From positions 42,382-106,381 of IMG/VR virus record IMGVR_UViG_3300037249_000541: DNA of 64,000 bases; one strand, 5' to 3'. The position numbers were made by a program, and so were the translations under genes. Below the pieces are notes generated by a model. The model did no database searches, was not told the DNA's origin, and worked only from the letters and a program-made list of their open reading frames with translations. Shown here in pieces: positions 40,738 through 47,303 of the stretch. This stretch comes from a virus (Duplodnaviria > Caudoviricetes). Each line of letters opens with the position of its first letter. Positions within the stretch are counted from its first letter, which is position 1.

Positions 40738-41142
40738 CTACAAAAGAAAATCTTTATATACTTGCTTTAAATACCTTTCTTTTATTGCTTCTGCTTTTAC
40801 GTAAGCTGTTTCGTATTTTGCATAACCATTAGCATTGGTCTTGTAAAATCTTGCTTGACCATATGTTCGTTCGTCATACCATCTGGTTCCATAACTTTTA
40901 TATCCATATTCTCTGTCTGGTGAGAATATGATATTCCATAGAAGTATGAGAAATGTTCCATCGTCATTAATAATGATATCACTAAGCAATCCCATCCTTT
41001 TTACAGAGTCATCTTCTTCACCGAATCTTACAATAACAGGTTTCCCAAAAAACGGTTTAAGCTTATCTCTTGGTATTTCGATTGGTTTTTTCTTGCTCAT
41101 CTTGTTGAGTTTTTTGGATTGTTTGAATTGCTCTTGCTCCAC
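40738..41142 (-). CDS. hypothetical protein (likely start about 41100)
   Basis: ORF. Confidence 0.55.
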   Translation of the reverse strand: MEQEQFKQSKKLNKMSKKKPIEIPRDKLKPFFGKPVIVRFGEEDDSVKRMGLLSDIIINDDGTFLILLWNIIFSPDREYGYKSYGTRWYDERTYGQARFYKTNANGYAKYETAYVKAEAIKERYLKQVYKDFLL

Positions 41143-41371
41143 GACGGAGTAAGAAATCTCCTATTTGCATCTTTATACAATGCCAACGCATTTTACGTAA
41201 CTCTGTATCATACATCATATACCAGAGGTCGCATCCGTCGCATTTCTTTGTAGTTTCGAGATTGCAATCTATATCGCTTAATTGTTTAAGCTTCATAGAT
41301 TCAATCTCTTCAAACCTTTTGAATTCTTCTTCTATTTTATTCATAGCATTAAAATGTTAATTAATAAAATT

Positions 41372-41442
41372 AGACACTTGATTTTTTGGCAAAAAGCATA
41401 ATGGTACCGATAATCAGTCGGGAATCTTTTTTGTAAGTGTCT
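41372..41442 (-). ncRNA. motif RNA B with Ile(GAT)-like anticodon stem-loop
   Basis: AGACACTTACAA...CCGA-CTGATTA-TCGG...AAGTGTCT. Confidence 0.75.
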
Positions 41443-41446
41443 TTGT

Positions 41447-41580
41447 TGGAGTATTTGAAAAAAATTCATTGAGTCCAGACTAACCTGTTGTCGAGCGGCA
41501 CACTACCACGTGATGATTTACCGTAGCTGTTTCAGACATGGTGCGTCGCCTGGGATTTGAACCCAGATTTTTCAAACTCA
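41447..41580 (-). ncRNA. circularly permuted tRNA-like RNA
   Basis: Order is T-arm, GCGACGC-ACCA, spacer, GTGCCGC, D-arm (GAC-AACAGGTTA-GTC), closed by TTTGAAAAA/TTTTTCAAA. Confidence 0.65.
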
Positions 41581-41583
41581 TTG

Positions 41584-41705
41584 TGCAGCGAGCAGGAGTT
41601 GAACCTGCGTTTTCGGATTGGAATATTCTAACGATGTTTTTGTGAGTAAGTAATCTTACTTAAATGTTATAGTGCCGACGTTCTAACCAACTAAACTATC
41701 GCTGT
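41584..41705 (-). ncRNA. motif RNA C: tRNA (Gly TCC-like) with the shared helix inserted in the anticodon arm
   Basis: Intact acceptor, D and T arms; insert contains AAGTAA-GA-TTACTT-ACTCACAAAA. Confidence 0.75.
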
Positions 41706-41711
41706 GTGTAT

Positions 41712-41768
41712 TGTCACTTATTGGCAAAATTAGATAACAATTTGTTTTTTACTAATTTGTAAGTGACA
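41712..41768 (-). ncRNA. motif RNA D (minimal)
   Basis: TGTCACTTACAA...TAAGTGACA. Confidence 0.75.
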
Positions 41769-41837
41769 TCGAAAACATTAATAACCTAAACGTAATAAAA
41801 ACATAAATCCATGTTACAGCATCAAGATTACAAATTG

Positions 41838-41910
41838 TGTGTCAAGAGGGAATCGAACCCTCGACCCACGCATTAAAAGTGCGTTGCTCTACCAACTGAG
41901 CTATTGACAC
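41838..41910 (-). tRNA. tRNA-Lys(TTT)
   Basis: ACGCA-CTTTTAA-TGCGT. Confidence 0.93.
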
Positions 41911-41913
41911 ATA

Positions 41914-42047
41914 AAATGCAAATACTCCATATAGGTTAACTGTTCCATTCGACACGCCTCTTCCGAACATTCCAGGTCTGAGTCATACGGTTTAACAGCC
42001 ATGAGATAGAGATAGGTGTGCGTCATCTCAGGCGTGTATTTGCATTT
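41914..42047 (-). ncRNA. unknown structured RNA
   Basis: 12-bp terminal stem AAATGCAAATAC/GTATTTGCATTT; inner ACACGCCT/AGGCGTGT and TGAGAT/ATCTCA. Confidence 0.55.
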
Positions 42048-42059
42048 GTTTTTTTTATT

Positions 42060-42122
42060 TGATACTTATGTCAACGGGTTAGATTAAAAGTCTAATGTTT
42101 TTTATTTGTTTTGTAAGTATCA
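42060..42122 (-). ncRNA. motif RNA E with Lys(TTT) anticodon stem-loop
   Basis: TGATACTTACAA...TTAGA-CTTTTAA-TCTAA...AAGTATCA. Confidence 0.8.
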
Positions 42123-42142
42123 TCGTTCCATGAATGACGCGA

Positions 42143-42505
42143 TTAAACAACCGCGTTTTCTTTCTCTTTGTCAAAACATTTGTTCTGCAATATTTGACGG
42201 AAATATTCTTCTGCATCACCAAAAGATTCAAAATCTCTTTCGATGCAAGATTTATATTCTTTGCCTACCTTTAATAGTTTAAAGGTTTGGCTTAGTCCAT
42301 AAATAACACAGTTAGTTACCGTAAAATCAAATATTACTTTACCATTATCATCTTTTCGTGAAATAATAGAAATCTTTGCCATCATTAATGGTATGTAATG
42401 GCTATGTTCGTATTTCCTGAAATTCCACGAATTGATTCGTGTTAATGCAGAAATAAATGCTAACTTTAAAAATTGATAACTATTTGTCATTTCCCTTATA
42501 ATCAT
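42143..42505 (-). CDS. hypothetical protein
   Basis: ORF between RNA genes. Confidence 0.5.
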   Translation of the reverse strand: MIIREMTNSYQFLKLAFISALTRINSWNFRKYEHSHYIPLMMAKISIISRKDDNGKVIFDFTVTNCVIYGLSQTFKLLKVGKEYKSCIERDFESFGDAEEYFRQILQNKCFDKEKENAVV

Positions 42506-42509
42506 TAAA

Positions 42510-42565
42510 TGTCACTTGGGGTATTTTGATTAGCAGTCAAATCCATTTTGAATTTGTAAGTGACA
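42510..42565 (-). ncRNA. motif RNA F with Ser(GCT) anticodon stem-loop
   Basis: TGTCACTTACAA...TTTGA-CTGCTAA-TCAAA...AAGTGACA. Confidence 0.8.
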
Positions 42566-42573
42566 GTGTTTTG

Positions 42574-42686
42574 CGGACAGGATAGGACTCGAACCTATGA
42601 CATCGGCATTAACAGTGCAATTCGTTAGTTTTGTAAGTAACTAATGCTACTTGTGATACGCGCTCTACCAACTGAGCTACCTGTCC
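42574..42686 (-). ncRNA. motif RNA G: tRNA-Asn(GTT) interrupted by a 40-nt motif insert (42619-42658)
   Basis: Deleting the insert restores CGGCA-CTGTTAA-TGCCG; insert contains AAGTAGC-ATTA-GTTACTT-ACAAAA. Confidence 0.85.
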
Positions 42687-42746
42687 ATAATGACGCACCG
42701 ACCATGGAAGCTTTTACGGTGCGTCTAAGAGCAACATACTAATATT

Positions 42747-43274
42747 CTAATTCATAGATATTGAAAAATTTGACACTCTGACCATCGTGCTACGTATTCC
42801 ATCTACATCGTATTCTAACACTTCAATTTTACCATTCTCTGACAATGAACCATCCCAGTTAACCCAATCAACGTTTTTGATTTCATAGGTTTCTCCGTCT
42901 TCATCACATTTTAAAGTAAAACTTGGACGTGTCTTCGCACCTGCAATAAATGATTTCCAGGCCGTTATCAATATAGCTGCTTGGAAATCATTATTTACAT
43001 CTACCAATGGATAGTATTGAGTTAAATATTTTGCACATTCGTCATATAGCGAACATTTGGGCTCAAATGCTTTATATCTCAATACACTTATCATCCTGCT
43101 GAAGCAAATATCAATAATTTCATCTATTGTTAATTCTTCATTTAACTTTTGCCTGCCAATAACATATTGTTTGACAAACTCTTTAAGTGTTAAATACGAT
43201 TTTAACTCTTCACTTAATTCTTCAATATCTATCTCTTCCTTTTTCTTTGTTTCTTCTGTTTCTTCTTTCTCCAT
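42747..43274 (-). CDS. hypothetical protein
   Basis: 175-aa ORF. Confidence 0.6.
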   Translation of the reverse strand: MEKEETEETKKKEEIDIEELSEELKSYLTLKEFVKQYVIGRQKLNEELTIDEIIDICFSRMISVLRYKAFEPKCSLYDECAKYLTQYYPLVDVNNDFQAAILITAWKSFIAGAKTRPSFTLKCDEDGETYEIKNVDWVNWDGSLSENGKIEVLEYDVDGIRSTMVRVSNFSISMN

Positions 43275-43292
43275 TTTGTTATGAAATTTTAT

Positions 43293-43369
43293 TGTCGCTT
43301 GTGCTTGCTATCGCGGTTTTCGGCTGCGAGGTTTGCGTAACTCAATGTGTTATTGTTTTGTAAGCGACA
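43293..43369 (-). ncRNA. motif RNA H
   Basis: TGTCGCTTACAA...AAGCGACA (compensatory change); inner TCGC..CCGAAAA..GCGA hairpin. Confidence 0.75.
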
Positions 43370-43401
43370 TGAACTAAACCGTATATGAGATAAAACAAAA
43401 G

Positions 43402-43524
43402 TGGCGGAGGCTGGACTCGAACCAGCAACTTTCAAATTATCAGTTTGACTATCTTAACCTTAAAAGTATTGTTTTTGTAAGTAACATATGTTACTCAACT
43501 TTGTTTTTGTTGATATACTCCGCC
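43402..43524 (-). ncRNA. motif RNA I: tRNA-Ile(GAT) with about 50-nt motif insert in the D-loop
   Basis: GGCGGAG/CTCCGCC, TCAAA-CTGATAA-TTTGA; D-loop insert GAGTAAC-ATAT-GTTACTT-ACAAAA. Confidence 0.85.
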
Positions 43525-43531
43525 ATATAAT

Positions 43532-43633
43532 TGACACTTCTTGTAGATTTTGGATTTGAACCAAAGAACTTATGATTATTAATCATACGCTATAAACCAA
43601 CTTAGCTAATCTAAGATTATTTTGTAAGTGTCA
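43532..43633 (-). ncRNA. motif RNA J: helix enclosing a tRNA body with AAT anticodon
   Basis: TGACACTTACAA...D-arm, TATGA-TTAATAA-TCATA, T-arm...AAGTGTCA; shortened acceptor stem. Confidence 0.8.
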
Positions 43634-43640
43634 TTTTTTG

Positions 43641-43717
43641 CGGTGCTTACGGGAATCGAACCCGTCTGAATCTTCTGCGTGACAGGCAGACGGCCACACC
43701 AAGCAGCCCCAAGCACC
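43641..43717 (-). tRNA. tRNA-Asp(GTC)
   Basis: TCTGC-CTGTCAC-GCAGA. Confidence 0.9.
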
Positions 43718-43722
43718 ATAAT

Positions 43723-43816
43723 AGATACTTATTTGCTTTATGGAATCGAACCATATTTTGATGTCTTTCGACATCATAACAGAACCAATTGTAAACAATT
43801 GTTTTTGTAAGTATCT
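43723..43816 (-). ncRNA. motif RNA K: helix enclosing D/T arms with a GAAA-tetraloop hairpin in place of the anticodon arm
   Basis: AGATACTTACAA...TGATGTC-GAAA-GACATCA, TATGG-TTCGATT-CCATA...AAGTATCT. Confidence 0.8.
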
Positions 43817-43861
43817 TTCTATTCACCTAATTACTATGAAAAATTACAAACATTCCAATTG

Positions 43862-43936
43862 TAGTGGGTACGGGATTTGAACCCGTGACTTCAGCGTGAA
43901 AGGCTGATGACTTAAACCTGGCTTGTCGAACCCACC
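43862..43936 (-). tRNA. tRNA-Glu(TTC)
   Basis: TCAGC-CTTTCAC-GCTGA. Confidence 0.92.
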
Positions 43937-44004
43937 ATCCAAAGTATGCGTTATCACAACGCATACAAGATAATTTAAATTAATTATTATTTGACAAAAA
44001 AACG

Positions 44005-44114
44005 TGGGCGTGGAAGGAATCGAACCTTCTGATTTAATTGATGTGCCATTAATCATATTTTTTATTTGTGTGTATTGTAAGTGACAGAGTATCACTTGTT
44101 CTCTGTTCACGCCC
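44005..44114 (-). ncRNA. motif RNA L: tRNA shell with the motif hairpin replacing the D-arm
   Basis: GGGCGTG/CACGCCC, AAGTGATA-CTC-TGTCACTT-ACAA, GAAGG-TTCGATT-CCTTC. Confidence 0.8.
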
Positions 44115-44124
44115 ATATAAAAAT

Positions 44125-44224
44125 TGATACTTGTTTTATTGCTATTGGAATCGAACCAATGATACAAGGATTTTCAGTCCTTTGCTCTACCTCTGAGCTA
44201 AGCTTTTTGGTCTTGTAAGTATCA
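44125..44224 (-). ncRNA. motif RNA M: helix enclosing a tRNA-Phe(GAA) body lacking a full acceptor stem
   Basis: TGATACTTACAA...AAGGA-CTGAAAA-TCCTT...AAGTATCA. Confidence 0.85.
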
Positions 44225-44228
44225 TTTG

Positions 44229-44344
44229 TCGAGGAGGTCAGACTCGAACTGACGACCCTTGGAACCCCACGAATGTGATGTTCTTGTGAGTAACTCAAGT
44301 TACTTAATTCTAAACCAATGCTCTACCAGCTGAGCTACTCCTCG
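44229..44344 (-). ncRNA. motif RNA N: tRNA-Pro with about 40-nt motif insert in the anticodon arm
   Basis: CGAGGAG/CTCCTCG; insert AAGTAAC-TTGA-GTTACTC-ACAAG; TGGGG at the anticodon position. Confidence 0.8.
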
Positions 44345-44350
44345 ATAAAA

Positions 44351-44513
44351 AACAAGATTTTCTTTACTGCCTAATTCGTCTGGCACTTTCATTACGTCCG
44401 CATTATTTGTGCCAGTAATTGCCTCATGCAGTCGTTTTGTTGCGCGCATTTGACTGCCCTATTGGTTCTGCAAGGTTCATCTTTCTACTGCTATGAACGA
44501 GGAAAATCTTGTT
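44351..44513 (-). ncRNA. unknown multi-branch RNA
   Basis: 12-bp terminal stem AACAAGATTTTC/GAAAATCTTGTT; arms GTTCAT/ATGAAC, GCAGTC/GACTGC, CTGGCAC/GTGCCAG. Confidence 0.6.
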
Positions 44514-44516
44514 AAG

Positions 44517-44706
44517 TGCGCTCGTCAGGACTTAAACCTGAATCTACAAATTTACTATAATTATACCATAATATATCTTGACTAATCCCGTGAGCCATTG
44601 TTGATGCGCACACGACCGAGTTCCACGGCTATTTACATTCTTAGGCAATATATTATGATATTAAATTATAATTAATCAATTGCTTTAATTATTAAGCTAC
44701 AAGCGC
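44517..44706 (-). ncRNA. tRNA shell with an about 130-nt rod replacing the anticodon arm
   Basis: GCGCTTG/CGAGCGC acceptor, D-arm, TCAGG-TTTAAGT-CCTGA; rod CATAATATAT/ATATATTATG, CCGTG/CACGG. Confidence 0.65.
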
Positions 44707-44711
44707 GTGTT

Positions 44712-44777
44712 GGTTACTTATTTGTCAAATCCCTAATTTGATGCTTCAAAGCAAGCTATTTGAGTTTGTAAGTAACC
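44712..44777 (-). ncRNA. motif RNA O (first element of the array)
   Basis: GGTTACTTACAA...TAAGTAACC. Confidence 0.75.
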
Positions 44778-44781
44778 GCTG

Positions 44782-44825
44782 CAAAGATAACAACCCACAG
44801 CGAATCACGCAAGGGTTGTTATCTT
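44782..44825 (-). promoter_or_regulatory. Bacteroidetes-type promoter for the RNA array, within an inverted repeat
   Basis: TTG-N20-TATCTTTG ending 5 nt before element O; AAGATAACAACCC/GGGTTGTTATCTT palindrome. Confidence 0.6.
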
Positions 44826-44840
44826 AATGTTTGTTAAAAG

Positions 44841-46700
44841 TTAGATTACGTTGTTCCTGACAACATCGTAACGGTCGCTACGGAAGAACGACAGAAGAGC
44901 CGCATAAGAGTCGAACTGTTCCATATCCCTGAAATTGGTGAGGAACATCTCTATCTGTGAAGGGTTTGCTGGAATGTACATCAGATTTGGCACGGTTGTA
45001 ATCTGTGCATCTACCGATACCTGATTATTGATGTCCATAGCAATGATGAATGGTTTGAAGCCAAGAACTTCCTCTGCTTTTGAAAGCAAGTTCACAACTG
45101 AATCCAATCTATTCCTTGAAGAATTCCATTCGCCGTCAGAGATTATTGTCCAGATTGGATATCTCGCAAATTCATCTTTTACAGCATCTCCTTTGTCAAG
45201 AAGGTCTGAGATATGTTCAACGATTGCTTCGATATTAGTCCAACCCCAGTCAGCTTTCGCTCTCAAGCAGCAATACAGGTTTTTGTAGTTTTCCAAAAAC
45301 GATTTTGTTGTGTCAACAAGCGGAAGGTCAACTTTCTTGATGTTTGGCATCATCAATTGATTTCTAACTTTCTTCATGCCATCAACTTGCCTGTCTATTG
45401 TTGTTACAGGAATGACGTTGTTTCCGAACATGTACACTACGTTCCTTGCCAATGGGTCAGGGTTCTTGTAGAGGCATACAGAAGCAATGAAAGATGCGAA
45501 GTTGAATGCCATGCAACCATAATTGCTCATTGAGCCTGAACAATCTATGAATACCAAAGAGTTGTAGGGCAGATTCACTTTCTCCTGTACGAATGCTTCA
45601 ATTTTGAGTTCGTCCACATTAGCCGAACAAATCTGTTCGTACAACTCCTTGAAGTTTGTTGCGCCAGTTGTTACCTTAGCTGCTTTCTTCGCTTCCCTTA
45701 AAGCTGCTTGCAACTCAGGTGTTATAGGCTCACCATTCTGTACCTGCTCTTTGATGTCGCGTACTTTCTGTTGTGCTTCCTCTTTAAACTTCTCCCATTC
45801 CTCGAACCAAGTTTTCAGATTAGGCCATTTGAGGTCATCACTATCCTTCTTCTTGGAATAGAAGATTTTGTTCTTTACGCGGAATCTTGCTGATGCAGGC
45901 AAGTTGTTGAGCCATTCCTTGAATTGCATCTGGTCAAACTCTGCAATCTTTCCTGTAGAGAAGAGTACGCTTTCGAGTTCGCCGTTGTACTCACTGCGCC
46001 ATTTACGATAACCTACGAAGTTGACTTTTTCTTCGTTGTTTCCAACATAGCGATACTCCCAACCCATTCTCTGTGAAAGCATCTTGAGAAATTCTCCTTT
46101 TGCTTTCATATTGGCTTTTGTCTCTGGCAACATACGAGTGTGTCCTTGACGAACACCAAACCTTGGAGGTGTCAAGAATTTCGCAACGCAAGTCTTGGCG
46201 AATGGATTGTTGCCACGAACAATTTTCTCCACGAATTCGCAGAGAGATTCTCTGTACCAACCCTCGTTGAACAAACACCTATTGCTTACGATTGTCGGGT
46301 TTTTTGCTTTGACTTTTGCCGTCTGTACGCGAGACACAAACAACGAGTCCATGCACTGATACTCGCTGATTATGCCTTTGCCGAGGAATACTTTGAACTG
46401 TTCTCTTGCGTTTTTCATCATCCAGTCAAGTACAACGTTGAATCCTTTGCGGTTGCTGTTGCCACCATTGTCACGCTGTTTACGACCGAATATGTGATGC
46501 TGACGGCCTGTGATGTCGCCAATACCAATTAGAATTGAATAGAATAACTGCAATTTCTCCTTGCTTGTTGCTTCAGAGTATGCAGCTTCTATCATGTCAA
46601 CGGTGATTGTATTGCCCATATTTTGGAATAACATCATCATGCCGTCGCATCCCTGAAAGGGATTTTCCGATGTTTTGTTGAATGTTACTATTGATGCCAT
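44841..46700 (-). CDS. TROVE/DUF2828-like helical domain plus vWA domain protein (Ro60-like)
   Basis: MIDAS DCSGSM, T in WTN, ISDGEW; N-terminal GDI..R...GG...R..F and AKF..P motifs; start at ATG 46700 after an A-rich leader. Confidence 0.75.
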   Translation of the reverse strand: MASIVTFNKTSENPFQGCDGMMMLFQNMGNTITVDMIEAAYSEATSKEKLQLFYSILIGIGDITGRQHHIFGRKQRDNGGNSNRKGFNVVLDWMMKNAREQFKVFLGKGIISEYQCMDSLFVSRVQTAKVKAKNPTIVSNRCLFNEGWYRESLCEFVEKIVRGNNPFAKTCVAKFLTPPRFGVRQGHTRMLPETKANMKAKGEFLKMLSQRMGWEYRYVGNNEEKVNFVGYRKWRSEYNGELESVLFSTGKIAEFDQMQFKEWLNNLPASARFRVKNKIFYSKKKDSDDLKWPNLKTWFEEWEKFKEEAQQKVRDIKEQVQNGEPITPELQAALREAKKAAKVTTGATNFKELYEQICSANVDELKIEAFVQEKVNLPYNSLVFIDCSGSMSNYGCMAFNFASFIASVCLYKNPDPLARNVVYMFGNNVIPVTTIDRQVDGMKKVRNQLMMPNIKKVDLPLVDTTKSFLENYKNLYCCLRAKADWGWTNIEAIVEHISDLLDKGDAVKDEFARYPIWTIISDGEWNSSRNRLDSVVNLLSKAEEVLGFKPFIIAMDINNQVSVDAQITTVPNLMYIPANPSQIEMFLTNFRDMEQFDSYAALLSFFRSDRYDVVRNNVI

Positions 46701-46739
46701 TTTGATTATTTTTAATATGTTTTCGTGTTGTAAGTAACA
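46683..46739 (-). promoter_or_regulatory. motif helix enclosing the vWA gene start codon (putative autoregulatory operator)
   Basis: TGTTACTTACAA...ATGGCATCAAT-AGTAACA. Confidence 0.7.
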
Positions 46740-46787
46740 ATTCTCGTGGGAAGACTCCACACGAGAGTTGCAATGAGAGAGTTAGAA

Positions 46788-47279
46788 CTACTTGTTGTCA
46801 GTAGCAGGGGGTTCAGTTGTTGGTGCAGGTTCTGTTACAGGTTCGTCAGTTGAAAGAAGCTCTTTCTTCCTTGCTTCCAATGCAGCTACTCTCTGCTCTG
46901 GAGTCATCGAAGCATCTTTTATTGCTTCAATCTCTTTGTCGATTGCTGCAACTGCTTGTGCGTTCTTGTCGTCTTCTGCCTTCCATAGACGGTAGCCATA
47001 GATGTAGTAGACGAGGTCTTTCTGACGTTCAATCCTGTCGATTCGCTCTTTCTCTTCGTCAGACTGAGACCAAGGGTCGCCGTCCTGAGCGTCCTGGAAT
47101 TTCTTCTTCAGACCATCGTAGATTTTCTTCAACGAGCCTACATTGAGTTCATTCATAAGCTGCCATGGGTTGTACCTCTGACCAAGGTTTGTAACGATTG
47201 TTTCGCCAGCCACTGTGAAGGCGGCAATCAGTGTGAACAAGGAAGCCTTGTCACTTGTAGTGAAGTTTACTTTTGCCAT
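46788..47279 (-). CDS. coiled-coil protein between RNA ligase and vWA genes
   Basis: L...L....L..IY..L.K...V..I...MTPEQ; resembles 39384-39839. Confidence 0.65.
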   Translation of the reverse strand: MAKVNFTTSDKASLFTLIAAFTVAGETIVTNLGQRYNPWQLMNELNVGSLKKIYDGLKKKFQDAQDGDPWSQSDEEKERIDRIERQKDLVYYIYGYRLWKAEDDKNAQAVAAIDKEIEAIKDASMTPEQRVAALEARKKELLSTDEPVTEPAPTTEPPATDNK

Positions 47280-47303
47280 TTTGTTTTTGTTTTATTTGGT
47301 TAT

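Noticed and set aside
40107-40832. Short track ORFs on both strands
   Set aside because: Non-ATG or weak starts, mutually overlapping, no recognisable protein features; better explained by structured RNA
43844-44298. Track ORFs 43844-44167 and 44107-44298
   Set aside because: They overlap tRNA-Glu and motif RNAs; spurious
42574-44344. Group I introns in tRNAs
   Set aside because: Inserts are only 40-50 nt with no catalytic core and occur at varied positions
44517-44706. tmRNA
   Set aside because: Too short, has a D-stem, lacks G3:U70 and a tag reading frame
39902-44777. CRISPR array interpretation of the recurring TTGTAAGT repeats
   Set aside because: Copies are short, irregularly spaced, covarying inverted pairs with structured tRNA-like cargo; no cas genes in the window
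39902-44777. Simple intrinsic terminators or REP-like DNA repeats
   Set aside because: Helices enclose 40-110 nt of structured cargo or sit inside tRNA loops, and keep an unpaired ACAA; some may still coincide with transcript ends
46701-46760. Upstream extension of the vWA ORF
   Set aside because: GTG start runs through a hairpin and the leader motif; ATG 46700 has the typical A-rich Bacteroidetes leader
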